DNA of 64,000 nt from Octopus vulgaris (GCA_951406725.2 OX597836.1:40176001-40240000); one strand, 5' to 3'; counted from the first letter of the stretch, positions 27,177 through 41,949 are shown. Notes: generated by a model not told the origin, from the sequence alone. Numbers and translations: made by a program.

Positions 27177-27553
27177 AGCACTCCGTCGGTTACGACGACG
27201 AGGGTTCCGGTTGATCCGATCAACGGAACAGCCTGCTCGTGAAATTAACGTGTAAGTGGGTGAGCACTCCACAGACATGTGTAGCCTTAACGTAGTTCTC
27301 GGGGATATTCAACGTGACACAGAGAGTGACAAGGCCGGCCCTTTGAAATACAGGTACAACAGAAACAGGAAGTGAGAGTAAGAGAAAGTTGTGGTGAAAG
27401 AGTACAGCAGGGATCACCACCATTCCTGTCGAAGCCTAGTGGAGCTTTAGGTGTTTTCGCTCAATGAACACCCACAACGCCCGGTCTGGGAATCGAAACT
27501 GCGATCCTACGACCGCGAGTCCGCTGCCCTAACCATTGGGCCATTGCGCCTCC
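27177..27553 (-). mobile_element. SINE family C, tail type A, with 12-bp TSD
   Basis: TSD tattctgtatat at 27161-27172 and 27554-27565. Confidence 0.92.
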
Positions 27554-27569
27554 TATTCTGTATATAACA

Positions 27570-28200
27570 TAATCGAGCTATCAACTTTTTTCTATCTAGT
27601 TTTTCTGTCGTGTAAAAAAATAATGCACTGCAATGGCTTCTTGTTGTAAATATACAGTCAGAATCAGCCAGGGTGATGTAGAATGTGTAGGTGTGCATCC
27701 AACGGAATAGTTAAGAGTCATGAGGTTTACAATTGTCATGCTAACATAAACATTTGTAAATTACATTGGTCATCTAGAGTTCATTCGGCAGCTTGCAGTC
27801 TTATAGGTTTTTATTTAATATTTTTCTATGCAGATATTTATAATATTTCTTGTTTATGTAATACATCATTAATGTTAGTTTTTGATTGGGTACTAAAGCA
27901 TGTTGAGTTCTGTTTTATGAGATTTTTTAATAACGTGTTCATCTATTCTAAAGCCAGAGTATCTTTGCTTAAGTAATTTCCTATGTCTGGCTTGTTTGTT
28001 TTGAAACACCTTTGTGTATGTTATATTTATTGGGATGAATTTCTTTCTGTATTGGTTAGAGAAATTATTCATTCATACCTTATTGAATAATGTGTATTTT
28101 ATCCGCCAGATTTTGTCTGCTGAACTATTTGCACATCTGTCAATAGTCTAGAGTTTGTTGTACACAAATAATTTCCTTTTTATGGGGCTGTTTTTCTAGG
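27570..28200 (-). mobile_element. Possible highly decayed Penelope-like RT-linker/GIY-YIG fragment
   Basis: Minus-strand patches DEHVIK..LIKQN, TNVIYKC, NYSVGCT with many stops and frameshifts. Confidence 0.35.
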
Positions 28201-28299
28201 GAGGTCAATATAAAAATTTTTCTGAGCTGGGATTTTATCGCTGACGGTTTTACAATTGAAGATTTTATGACTAATTCTTTATGGAAGTTCTATTAATAA

Positions 28300-28750
28300 T
28301 CTCTTCTACTAAAGACACGAGGCCTGAGATCGGAGGAGGGCGTCAAGTAGACTATATCTATTTCTTTATTGCCCACAAGGGGCTAAACATAGAGGGGACA
28401 AACAAGGACAGACAAAGGGATTAAGTCGATTACATCGACCCCAGTGTGTAACTGGTACTTTATTTATCGACCCCGAAAGGATGAAAGGCAAAGTCGACCT
28501 CGGCGGAATTTGAACTCAGAATGTTCAGACAGACGAAATACCGCTAAGCGTTTCGCCCGGCGTGCTAACGTTTCTGCCAGCTCGCCGCCTTAGTCAAGTA
28601 GACTACATCGCGTCCAGTTTTCAACTGGTACTTTATTTTATCGCCCCCGAAAGGATGAAAAGCAATGTTGAACTCAGAACGTAAAGACCAACGAAATGCC
28701 GCCAAACATTTTTCCCGGCGTGCTTTACGATTCCGCCAGCTCACCGCGTT
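28300..28750 (-). mobile_element. Young SINE family A (28356-28592) nested in an older family A copy
   Basis: TSD gtcaagtagacta at 28342-28354 and 28593-28605. Confidence 0.9.
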
Positions 28751-28762
28751 GGAAGCTCTATT

Positions 28763-29142
28763 GTGGATGCGCAATGGCCCAGTGGTTAGGGCAGCGGACT
28801 CGCGGTCGTAGGATCGCGGTTTCGATTCCCAGACCGGGCGTTGTGAGTGTTTAATGAGCGAAAACACCTAAAGCTCCACGATGCTCCGGCAGGAGATGGT
28901 GGTGATCCCTGCTGTACTCTTTCACCACAACTTTCTCTCACTCTTACTTCCTGTTTCTGTTGTACCTGTATTTCAAAGGACCGGCCTTGTCACTCTCTGT
29001 GTCACGCTGAATATCCCCGAGAACTACGTTAAGGGTACACGTGTCTGTGGAGTGCTCAGCCACTTACACGTTAATTTCACGAGCAGGCTGTTCCGTTGAT
29101 CGGATCAACCGGAACCCTCATCGTCGTAAGCGACGGAGTGCT
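28763..29142 (+). mobile_element. SINE family C, tail type A, with 11-bp TSD
   Basis: TSD ggaagctctat at 28751-28761 and 29149-29159. Confidence 0.92.
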
Positions 29143-29444
29143 AAGAGAGGAAGCTCTATAAATAATTAAACATAAAGGGGCTTTAAACAACAGATGGCGT
29201 AACTAAGCAACGAATTAATATCAATAACGAAGCTTATATATAGTCATCGATCTGATAGATAAAACAGCCAAATATCATTAAAACCACATCCTATCGTCTC
29301 ATAAATGCCATTCTTGTTTGTTACAATATTTCTGTTGAAACACATTGACAGTGTTCCAATCAATTTAGAAGAGCAGCCGGGAATTTATTAAAATATATTT
29401 ACCATTTGGTATATTTACCAAATATATTTACCTATATTACCATA

Positions 29445-29847
29445 GGCGCAGGAGTGGCTGTGTGGTAAGTAGCTAGCTAACCAACCACATGGTTCCGGGT
29501 TCAGTCCCACTGCGTGGCACCTTGGGCAAGTGTCTTCTGCTATAGCCCGGACCGACCAATGCCTTGTGAGTGGAATGGTAGACGGAAACTGAAAAGAAGC
29601 CTGTCGTATATATGTATATATATATATATGTGTGTGTGTGTATATATGTTTGTGTGCCTGTGTTTGTCCCCCTAGCATTGATGGTGTGTTTATGTCCCCG
29701 TTACTTAGCGGTTCGGCAAAAGAGACCGATAGAATAGTACTGGGCTTACAAAAAGTATAAGTCCCGGGGTCGAGTTGCTCGATTAAAAGGCAGTGCTCCA
29801 GCATGGCCGCAGTCAAATGACTGAAACAAGTAAAAGAGTAAAAGAGT
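29445..29847 (+). mobile_element. SINE family B, full length
   Basis: Head, internal microsatellite, gtaaaagagtaaaagag tail. Confidence 0.9.
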
Positions 29848-30214
29848 ATTATAAAGCTGCTGACAGGGAAATAAATTAACAAGAAATTTTGATGGTCGAT
29901 TTAAATTTAGATCGTTTTAAATCAGGAAGTTTTTATCATAAAACCATGAGTAGTCTGAGACAGGTTGATATTAAAAGGGTTAAATCGTGTTACCTGATTG
30001 CTGTTACTGTTATTATGGAGGTCTGAGGAAGGTTGGTATTAAAAAGGTTATATGCATATATATTTGAGCTTGTGTGCGTGTATGCATGTGCATAACCGTA
30101 TATACATAAACATATTATATATTTATGTATATATATGTATATATATGTATATATATATATATTATTTTACAGAATAATAGCATTAAAATGTCTTTGATTA
30201 TAACCCTTTCTAAC

Positions 30215-30570
30215 ATGGAAGTATCCAAAGAACATTTAAGGCACATAATGCTTTATGAGTACAAAAAAGGAAACTGCAGCCGAGGCAACTCGAAGCATAC
30301 ACTCAGTTTATGAGAAAGAATAAAAGAACTTGCAGAAGATGGTTTGCAAAATTCAGCCTTGAAGATGAAGATCGAACAGGACGTCCAGTTGAGTTTGATG
30401 GTAAGCTCCTTGAGACGTTACTTGAAGAAAATCCTGCATTTTCAGTTGAAGAATTGGCAATAAAGCTTAGTTCAAACCATACAACTGTTCATCGTCAGCT
30501 TCAACAACTTGGAAAGGTTCCTAAACTTTGAAAATGGGTGCCTCATGTATTGTCCGAAAGCAACCCCGCG
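30215..30570 (+). pseudogene. Mariner transposase N-terminal fragment (frameshift and stop)
   Basis: MEVSKEHLRHIMLYEYKKG.../RTCRRWFAKF..LEDEDRTGRP...TTVHRQLQQLGKVPKL*KWVPHVL; HTH plus WVPHEL-like motif. Confidence 0.88.
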
Positions 30571-30689
30571 AATCCCGAATTGACATCTGACATTTGAACG
30601 ATGAAAGATAGGTCATATATATAAATATATATATATGTAATATATATATATATATATATATAAATACATATATATATATATACACACAT

Positions 30690-30723
<34 letters not shown>

Positions 30724-30774
30724 ACATATATATACATATATATGTGTATGTATATATATATATATATATGTATT

Positions 30775-30905
30775 ATTTGTTTTATTTATATTCCTGAGCG
30801 CCATACTAATACAATTGTTTGTTTGTATTCCACCTGCCTTCGTCTTTTGTTTATTTCCGTAAACCTGCCTTCGTCTTTTGTTTATTTTCATAAAGCTTCA
30901 CGTTA
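30775..30905 (+). mobile_element. Family H 3' portion, hammerhead absent
   Basis: attcctgagcgccatactaatacaattg... matches 44293-44370; internal short duplication. Confidence 0.7.
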
Positions 30906-31476
30906 TATATAAACTTAGATAAACTTAGATATGTTTCGACCAGAGATTGGTCCAGGCCATGTCTAACTTAATAGCACCACCTGATAGGATTATTCGAATT
31001 GTATACATATATATATACATATATATACACATATATATATACACTCATATACATCTATATTTGCATGTATATCTATATCTATCTTTATATATATATATAT
31101 ATCTTATATTAAACTTTTAATACTTTTGATATTTATTTGAAAAAAAATTAAATAAATAAAATATTAAAAAAATTAATTAATTAATTAATTAATAAAATAA
31201 TATATAAATATAAAAATATACATATATATATATATATATATACTTGTATATATATATCTAAAATTTATAAGTTTAAATTATTTAAATAATTTTTTAATTT
31301 TTAACTTTTATATTTTTAAATTAATTTTATGTATTGGCTTATGTTTTTCACTGTCTGATTTGCCTAATAGTGGTTTTATTTCTAATTTAATATAATATAA
31401 TATAATATATTTATACTATAAAATTGGATTTAATCCTAAATCTGATTTTTCCCTGTCAGTTTGGATTTATTCCCAA

Positions 31477-31533
<57 letters not shown>

Positions 31534-31817
31534 TTATATATATATATATATATATATTACACAAGAGGAAGTAAATTAAAATAAGAGCTATAAAATCGAA
31601 GTAGGTACATGTAGCATGTATGTACACCCACTCAAACATCCTGCTGATACACGAAAAGGTGAAAACTTTACACCAAAGCAAAATTTACTTGCAATCACTT
31701 AACTAGCTAGGTATGCTTCGCATGTTTTACGTTCGTGCAGAAATCGTTTGTGATATATATGTGTGTGCATATATATATATATATGCATATACCTACAAAC
31801 ATACATGCATACATGCA

Positions 31818-32245
31818 TGGTGGCTACCCCCTCGTTATCGAGTATGGCCATTGCACGAAGCTTAATCAATGTTGTTATCGTGCAATGCCATAATCCGAAA
31901 AGAAGAACAAGTCAACATCATCGGTAACCACTGAGCCGCAGGTTTTATGTCGGAGTTATCCCAGTTACCTGAGTTACTTTCTCCTAGAAGGATGCTCTAA
32001 CAAAGGCTAGGAGTCCTTCACTCCCAATGGTTTAACCGCGCGATCGGGTATTCAGTCCGATTATTTCTATATCCCCGCGCATGATACAGCCTTAAGACAT
32101 TTATTGGATGGCCGTTGACTCTCAAGAGTTCCTCCGCCCTTTGACGGGTTTTGTTTTTCATCCCGCAGGGTGTCCAATAAACACCCTCCTCACCAAACAA
32201 GCTTGGTGGGGTTGCCGGTTTAGTCGCCGACGACTCGACCATGCA
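31818..32245 (-). mobile_element. Probable RTE-related non-autonomous retroelement in (ATAC)n
   Basis: GC-richer unit; minus-strand start agtcgtcggcgactaaaccggcaacccc resembles RTE 5'UTRs; no ORF. Confidence 0.4.
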
Positions 32246-32349
32246 GCATACATACATGCATACATACATACATACATACATGCATACATGCTTACATACA
32301 TACATACATACATACATACATGCATACATGCATACATACATACATACAT

Positions 32350-32416
<67 letters not shown>

Positions 32417-32799
32417 ATGTTATAGACGCATTATTCATTTACTTATATGTGGTTGAAGATGATTATATCACACTTCCATATTCCTTGCAGATTTCCCACC
32501 TTCTGACAACCCACCTCCCTCTCCGCCTCATCACTATCATATTGTGTCTAGTTTATCAGGTGTTCACCAGATATCCTGTCGCAATACTAATTCATTGCAA
32601 GATGTCAGAACTTAATTGGACCACACAGACAGACCTACGTCATCTGGATAGACAAAAGCCTATGTTATACCATAGATCTAGATCTATGAACTAAATTTTA
32701 TATAATTAAAAAATAATAACTTCAACTGCTTAGAACAACCAACGAAGTCATGCTTTTTCTTTTTTAAATATATATATATATATACAGGCATACATACAT

Positions 32800-32865
<66 letters not shown>

Positions 32866-32896
32866 GCATACATACATACACACATACATGCAAACA

Positions 32897-33079
32897 TTTG
32901 GAAGAGAGAAGAGAAATTGTGTATAGTTCTGGAAATCAGATGCCCAGATGCCCAACGGATGTTAACATAAAGCTAAGGATCAGCGACAATGAAAATACCT
33001 ATGCTGAACTATTGAGATATCTTTATCTACTCTATCCAGATTACAAGTTCATGTTTATACCTGTAATTATTGGGGCACA
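32897..33079 (+). mobile_element. RLE-type (R2/R4/NeSL-like) LINE endonuclease fragment
   Basis: CPTDVNIKLRISDNENTYAELLRYLYLLYPDYKFMFIPVIIGA. Confidence 0.65.
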
Positions 33080-33081
33080 CT

Positions 33082-33145
<64 letters not shown>

Positions 33146-33150
33146 CATAA

Positions 33151-33440
33151 GTGGAGGCGCAATGGCCCAGTGGTTAGGGCAGCGCCCTCGCGGTTGTAGG
33201 ATCGCTGTTTCGATTCCCAAACCGGGCGTTATGAGTGTTTATTGAGCGAAAACACCTAAAGCTCCACGACGCTCCGGCAGGGGGTGGTTGTGATCCCTGC
33301 TGTACTCTTTCGCCACAACTTTCTCTCACTCTTTCTTCTGTTGGCCAGCGGGGTGGCGTCACTTGAAGGCTAAAACGCATTGTGACCAGCGATGTGTAGC
33401 AACATCTGAGAGCCTGGTCGGTCACGGTGATCACGGTGAT
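33151..33440 (+). mobile_element. SINE family C, tail type B, in (TA)n
   Basis: Same head as 28763, tail homologous to 25527-25650. Confidence 0.88.
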
Positions 33441-34193
33441 ATATATATAAATATATATACAAAAATACCCTATTGATGTTGTTGAAATTCCACTGAATTA
33501 TTGGAGCTACATTATTGGCAAGAAATCTTGATGTAAAACTTAATGATTACATCCATCCATCTATCCATCCATCCATCTATCCATCCATCCATCCGCCCAT
33601 ACGTACATACATACATACATACATACATACATACATACATACATACATACATACATACATACATACATACATACATACATACATGCATGCATAAACATAC
33701 ACACATATAGTTAAATATAAATGAATTTATGAAGGCTAAACGTAAATATCAGAAACTAGAGAGCGAAAATTACACACCGTTTCGTTTTATATAATTAATA
33801 CTGTAACGAGCTGAGGAAAATAATAAGCCCAGCAGCAGGAATTCGGATAATTAAGTTAAAGAGTGATATACTGTGTTCCATAGGCAAAAGGTTCTTAATT
33901 GAAATTTGCCAATAACAGCTGGGAACAATTGTTAATGACACTGAAAGGAAAGGTGAGATATTCTCGGGAAATTATCAGTTAATTACTCGAGCATAGCTCA
34001 AATCCTAATCAGGATAGTCTGAACTTTGTCTTTAGGGAAGAAGGGAGTAATTAATCATAGTGGCTTGTTTCTTTCTATTCGACCTCATCTTCATGAAATA
34101 AAGTACGCAGAGCCTTAGATTATTTCACGTAGATTTTAACGCACAGAAAAATTTACGAATGATTCTTGACTTGTAGGATTTATGTACACCTAA

Positions 34194-34531
34194 GGCGCAT
34201 GGCTCAGTAGTTAGAGCGTCGAGCTTACGATCGTGAGGTTGTGAGCTCGAATCCTGGACCGGGCTGCGTGTTGTGTTCTCGAGCAAGGCACTTTATTTTA
34301 CGTTGCTCCAGTTCACTCAGCTGTAGAAATGAGTTGCGACGTCACTGGTGCCAAGCTGTATCGACCCCTTTGTCTTTCCCTTGGATAACACTGGTGGCGT
34401 GGAGAGGGGAGGCCGGTATGCATGGGCGATTGCTGGCCTTCCATAAACAACCTTGCCCGGACTTGTGTCTAGGAGGGTAACTTTCTAGGTGCAATCCCAT
34501 GGTCATTCATGACCGAAGGGGGTCTTTACCT
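34194..34531 (+). mobile_element. tRNA-derived SINE family D (V/CORE-like central block)
   Basis: A-box tggctcagtagttag, B-box gagctcgaatcc, tgtgttctcgagcaaggcacttta...ctccagttcactcagctgtagaaatgag. Confidence 0.75.
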
Positions 34532-34534
34532 CTC

Positions 34535-34840
34535 TCCTCGACTTGCTACCTATGCGACTTACGACCACAAAAAAATAAGGAAATAAAAAATACATAAATA
34601 ACTGAAAAATCCAATTTCGGACGTTGGGCAGCTGTGTGTAGGATAACTATAGCAGCATCTGGTAACGCGGGCCATCCTCAGAACCAGGCATCCACTCCCT
34701 GCCACTGTCTCTCACTCTCAATTGCTTTCAAGCATCAGTTGTGTTTCTATGAAAATAGTGTTAAAAATTATAAATCCGATATACGACCAGATCAACTTAC
34801 GACCGTGTCAGTCGGAATGAACTCGGTCGTAAGTCGAAGT
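34535..34840. mobile_element. Tigger/pogo-like MITE remnant
   Basis: cgacttacgacc near left end and ggtcgtaagtcg at right end (inverted). Confidence 0.5.
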
Positions 34841-35049
34841 GAAGTTGTATTTTAATTGTTTCGGTCATGTGAATGCAGACATGCTGGGGTGCAGTCATGA
34901 TTGGTTTTTAGTCGAACAGATTGGCACCAGAATTTATTCTTTCTTTATGTGTGATATTTCTATCAGTCTTTCTTTACGAACCACAGACATAAGAGGACAT
35001 ACACTGATTGGGAGGACAAACATAAAGAACTACAAACGCACACACACAT

Positions 35050-35105
<56 letters not shown>

Positions 35106-35284
35106 ACAAAGGGAGAGTCAAATGTCGCTCACAAAAGAGATTCAGTACGCTCCGGAATTGTTAAAGACGTAATTCAGTTTTTACCAAAATAAATGAAATA
35201 ATGAGGAAGCCACAGAAAATTCACTTTATGAACAGGCATGGTGAAAAATCAGGCAAGGAATGAGAATTAAATACATATATGCCT

Positions 35285-35865
<581 letters not shown>

Positions 35866-37587
35866 ATGTATACATTTATGTCTATACGTTGCGCCTGTAG
35901 CTACTTGTGTATATAGTTTCGTGATAATATCCGGAAAATGTGAAACACTGATATTCAACAGATGCTGTCGGAGTTGTTGAAACAATAAACAAGATACCGA
36001 CATATTATAACGAGCTTTTGTGTGGCTATCGATATTTTTGTTACCCTGGGAGAAAAAAAAATAGCGAAAATGTTAAATGTTACATGTGTTAGACTGTCTA
36101 CAATTTGATATTAGATCTTTCGTGTCAAGGTTGAAGAAATTTGGTTTACAATATGATTTGTTTTCAGTCAATCACAAACTGCATCGTTTAGTGGTTCCTT
36201 TTCAAGATAGGCAGTATAAATTCGGTAAACTCTCTCCTATCTTTAGTTTGCCATATTTCCTTCGAGAACAATCTAAGGCTTTATTTGTGACTGTATTTGA
36301 TAAATTTTATATCATTTTAGAATTTTTTGATGCTTTTAGCCTGATACATCATTTGTACGATATGGCGGTATATGTGTATATATATATATATATATAAAAA
36401 TACGGGAAAAATGTGCATTTAGACTTAGCAAAATTTATCTATTAAAATATTAAAATTTAGAAAAGGATTTAAGGAACAAGTACGAGAAGAACAATAGATA
36501 AAACAGTCTAAGCCATAAGAATGGGGTACTTTCGTATAAAAAGAAGCCTCATAAAGCCTATTTCCAGCATAATGTTAAGGTGACTATGATAAAACTATTC
36601 AACAATGAGTCTATAATAAAATTCAGATATCTGCTGAGTAGGAGTATGCATTTTCTATTGAATTAAAACCAAAGATTAAGGGCTAAAAAGTAAGATAAAT
36701 ATTTCTATAACAAGTACATTTATTTAAAAACCTCGTGAAAAAAAAAATATATATATAAAAATTACCAACCTTTTGAAAAGATCTGATAGGATTTAAGAAT
36801 GTATGAAAATACGATATATATGTATGTATGTATGCATGTATGTATGTATGTTTGTATGTATGTATGTGTGTATGTATGTATGTATGTATGTATGTATGTC
36901 TGCATGTATGTATGTATGCATGTATGTATGCATGTATGTATGTATGTGTGTATGTATGTATGTGTGTATGTGTGTATGTATGTATGTATGTATGTATGCA
37001 TGTATGTGTGTATGTATGTGTGTATGTATGTATGTATGTGTGTATGTATGCGTGTATGTGTGTATGTATGTATGTATGTGTGTATGTATGTGTGTATGTA
37101 TGTGTGTATGTATGTATCTATATAGTGTAATTATAAAATATAAATATAAATACCATATTGTATTATATTATGCCATGAATACTATAGAGAGAAGTTCCGA
37201 ACTCCTTCACAATCTTTAGAAATTACACCAGTTTATATGAGGGTATATAGATATACAAAACACAATAATATAATATTAGATGAAAGAATAAATAAAATCA
37301 AGTAAAACAATAAAAAATGTTGTGTATAAAATTTCAATAAAGATAAAAATTCTACACTGGTAATGCCATAAAGTATGTACCGGATATAAAAAGAGAGATA
37401 AAAGGTAAAAATAAGGATAAGTGAAGCTAATTATAAAATAATTTTTAAAAAAGAAGTAAAATAACATAAAAAATACCATTATTTGCTAAAAAAAAATTAT
37501 GATGGAGTATCAATCATGTATGCTGGCGATCTATATGGTCATACGCACCGAGGAAAGCATTTTTATCTTTTCAAATTGTTGTAATGT

Positions 37588-37634
37588 TTGCATTGATCGA
37601 TCAAATGGAGCTGCTTGAAACGGCCGTAATGCAA
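37588..37634 (+). ncRNA. Degenerate hammerhead-like motif just before a (TA)n tract
   Basis: ttgcat-tgatcga...gaaa-cggccg-ta-atgcaa: stem I and palindromic stem III present, CUGANGA scrambled. Confidence 0.3.
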
Positions 37635-37664
37635 TGGTACCTGGATATCCGAGTTACGTATTTG

Positions 37665-37726
<62 letters not shown>

Positions 37727-37732
37727 CTTTTT

Positions 37733-37897
37733 AAACCACCTTTTATCAATTCAAAATGAACAATTAAATTACACCATCTAGAAAATTACATATAATAGAA
37801 ATATTAAAAATAAAATAACAATAATATACCAATAAAATAATAATAATAATATACCAATGATTAAGTAAATTGCAAAATAATAATAAAAACGTATATA
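37733..37897 (+). repeat. AT-rich dispersed repeat, homologous to the arms of the 46503-46768 palindrome
   Basis: gaacaattaaattacaccatctagaaaattacatataatagaaat shared. Confidence 0.85.
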
Positions 37898-37899
37898 TT

Positions 37900-38256
37900 A
37901 GGCGCATGAGTGGCTGTATGGTAAGTAGCTTGCTAACCAACCACATGGTTCCGAGTTCAGTCCCACTGCGTGGCATCTTGGGCAAGTGTCTTCTGCTATA
38001 GCCTTGGGCCGACCAATGCCTTGTGAGTGGATTTGGTAGACGGAAACTGAAAGAAGCCTGTCGTATATATGTATATATATATATGTATGTATGTGTGTGT
38101 ATGTGTTTGTGTGTCTGTGTTTGTCCCCCTAGCATTGCTTGACAACCGATGCTGGTGTGTTTACGTCCCCGTCACTTAGCGGTTCGGCAAAAAAGACCGA
38201 TAGAATAAGTACTGGGCTTACAAAGAATAAGTCCCGGGGTCGATTTGCTCGACTAA
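37900..38256 (+). mobile_element. SINE family B, 3'-truncated
   Basis: Homology to 29445-29847. Confidence 0.9.
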
Positions 38257-38894
38257 ATCGTAGAGACAGACACACAACTTGACTTTTATATATAAAGATA
38301 TGCTAGCTGAATAGCCCGATGTAGCCAGGCAATTTCACAATTTAATGTCTTATATAAATTTTCGTTTTTTCCACGTCAGATCATGCCTTCCGCGACAGAC
38401 AGACCTCTTGATCAGGACAGATTTGTGCAATTTTTCGCAAAAAAACATACATCGTTGAGAATTTTTTCTGTTATTTTAATTATTCACATGTCTGTTCGAC
38501 CGTTTCACGTGACTTTATTTATTAAAACTTATTAAAACTTCAGAAGTTCTTACAACTTTGGTTGTCGTAATGCTTTCCTTTTGTTTATGTAATAAAAAAA
38601 AATCCTCCTCGTAATGATTTTGCCTTTTATTTTGTGATAGACATCTATCATACAGAAAATACCAGCTTCCAAATCCTATATTCTGATAAGTTAAAATTGA
38701 TTAAACTTTAAGCCTCAGTAACATTTCTTAGTAAATTATGAAAATTTTCACTTAATTTTAAACTTCAGAATATCTGACAGCAACAGGGAAGACCCTTCAA
38801 AAGTAGAGAGACAGACAGTTATAGGACGTGACACACACACACACACACACAAACACATACAAACACATATATACACATACACATACACACAATG

Positions 38895-38947
<53 letters not shown>

Positions 38948-39718
38948 CACACATTTACAAACGTACATACAGGTAATCATGAGTTTAAAATGGCGTATAG
39001 TAGACATATGCATGTAGGTATGCATATACGTATGTATATATATGTATGTATATGCGTGTAAGTGTGTGTGTGTGTGTGTATTTCTTTGTGATGGACAGGC
39101 AACCAGTGAACAATTATTGTTAAATTACTCCCTCTCTCCTTAAAGCTACGTGTTCCTCACACCCACCTTTCTTTCCCTTCGTTGACATTCTAAAAGTTAT
39201 TTATGTGTAAGTGCATGCGTGCCTATATGTGTTTATATGTGCGTGCATTAAGTGTGTGTGTGTGTATGCATGTATCCATGTATTTACGAAAGTATGTATG
39301 TAGCCTCGCGTGCATATCTCTGAATGACAGCTGTATTAACGTTACCATCTCACTTGAACATATGTCTCCTGATAAAGCCTTGGTCCAACCAATGTCTTCT
39401 CAGTGAATTTGAAGAGGAAAATTTTAAAAAACCAGTTGTATATATATATCTATATGTTTGTCTTTGCGCTGTGTCTGTCCCACACCATCGCACCGGGGAC
39501 GTAAACACAACAACACCAGTTGTCAAGGGATAGCGAGGGACAAACACAACCACTCTCAAAGATGTGGTCGGCCCGAGGCCATAGACACTTGCCGAAGGTG
39601 TCACGCAGTGGGGCTGAACCTGGAACCATGTGGTTGGGAAGCAAGCTTCTTACGACACAACCACGCCCGTATGTAATATATACATACATATACCCATGTG
39701 TGTGTACGTGTGTGTGTA

Positions 39719-39773
<55 letters not shown>

Positions 39774-40048
39774 AATACGCAATGACTAATGTCCCGTCCA
39801 GTCCGATCATTAAGCTATCAACAGCGGCAGCTCTACTAGACACATTATCGCATTTATCGTCTCTTACTAGCGACATTACTTCTGTCAATAGATGAAGTTA
39901 TTACACGTCTATAATTGTAAGTAATCTTTATCGACAATTATTCCGAGTTATTAACTTTCAACGGGTAGTTTAGGTGTCATATTAACAATAATTTAGATAC
40001 ACGCTGACAAACTTGAACACACAGACACCGAAAATACGATTATACACA

Positions 40049-40111
<63 letters not shown>

Positions 40112-40119
40112 GCATACAC

Positions 40120-40162
<43 letters not shown>

Positions 40163-40164
40163 AT

Positions 40165-40530
<366 letters not shown>

Positions 40531-41271
40531 ATAAACACATATTCACTCACACACATATATATGTGTGTGTAAGCGTGCATATGTATGTGTGTGTGATTTC
40601 GTGTGTCTCTTATATTGTGAGTGATCCTAGACTTGTTAAGTGTGTTTGATAAACCGTGCGTGTGTTTGCGTTGCTTCCGTGCGTCAGCGTTTGTATATCG
40701 TAGATTTTTTTTTCTTTCTTCGAAGCAGCTTTGCCTTTTCAACATTTTTTAGGTTCTGGAACCATTTGAAGCCGATTTGGTTTTTAATTTTTAGTTAACC
40801 GACATTAGCTGGTTGAGTCGTCGTCTAGCACTATATTCTACTTTGAGAGAAGTTCTAATTGTTACTTTCTATCTTTATTGACCTGAAGAAAACGGTCTTT
40901 TCTGCATTATGTAACACAATACTTCGTCTATAAAGAACGCATCTGAAACGGTTGTAGTGAAACGTAAGCCATCTGCGTTATTACTTATTTTTCACCTAAC
41001 TCGAAATCTTCGATACGTTTGGAATACGTGCAATGTGTTTACCTCTGCATGACTTTGATGGCCCGTTGTGTATTCAGTCAGTACTTGTGAATGTATGCAT
41101 AACGGTGGAGCTACAACCTTGAACAACTACTATGGTCCGCGAGACCTTTTTTAATCTTCTTACATCCCTAACAGCTTTAAAAGTACAATGGAAAAATTAT
41201 TGGTCCAACCAATTCTATTTTTAGTTTGTATCATATCCCCCCCCACCATACATCTAACGCTATTCCTCTGT

Positions 41272-41497
41272 CGAGCTGGCAGAAACGTTAGCACGCCGGG
41301 CTAAATGCTTAGCGTTATTTCGTCTGCCGTTACGTTCTGAGTTCAAATTCCGCCGAGGTCGACTTTGCCTTTCATCCTTTCGGGGTCGATTAAATAAGTA
41401 CCAGTTACGCACTGGGGTCGATAAAATCAACTTAATCCGTTTGTCTTTCCCTGTTTGTCCCCTCTGTGTTTAGCTCCTTGTGGGTAGTAAAGAAATA
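41272..41497 (+). mobile_element. SINE family A with TSD
   Basis: gctattcctctgtc / gctattcatctgtc flanks. Confidence 0.9.
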
Positions 41498-41949
41498 GCT
41501 ATTCATCTGTCACTTCGCATCCTTTCACTACCCACTACGACCACACACACACACACACACACACACTCCACTCCAACATAATAATAATATTATGTGGTAC
41601 CGTCAGAATTCGTTATCTGAAAGACACGAAAAGCGTTTTTGTACTTTTAAGGAGGCACTTCGTCCGAAATTTCAGAACTTTCTTCTCCTACCGACGTATA
41701 TACATAAGCTCAGTTCATCACCATGCTTGAAGTCCACAGTTTATAAATAATATGTAAGCTCAGTTGTTTTAATACTCGTTGTTAATTCGTAACTTTTAAA
41801 TGATGTTTATGTTGCATACCGAAGGCATTGCTGTGCGATTAAGAAGTTCGCTTTTCAACCGCCTCGTTTGGAGTTCAGTCCCAGCATATGAGCTGTATAA
41901 GTGCATATGTATGTATAAATATATGTATATTTGTATTCATGTATTTATG

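Larger units (their letters stand above)
26967..30051. mobile_element. Putative piggyBac-like composite element bounded by about 90-115-bp inverted repeats
   Basis: 26967-27081 is the reverse complement of 29959-30051 apart from a short indel; each arm has an inner TTAA-CCCTTT and an outer TTAA-CCTTT-like motif. Confidence 0.5.

Noticed and set aside
28763-28840. tRNA gene
   Set aside because: tRNA-like head of a SINE that continues into SINE body and tail with a TSD; the same applies to all other heads
30920-30970. Minus-strand gacca/tggtc-gaaacatatc hammerhead-like half
   Set aside because: No CUGANGA-like strand; at most a heavily decayed remnant
36130-36330. Penelope C-terminal patch (TKRCSL*LTE) on minus strand
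   Set aside because: Single short motif with stops; insufficient without a search
40600-41130. Possible decayed Tc1 transposase or exon
   Set aside because: No sustained reading frame or diagnostic motif
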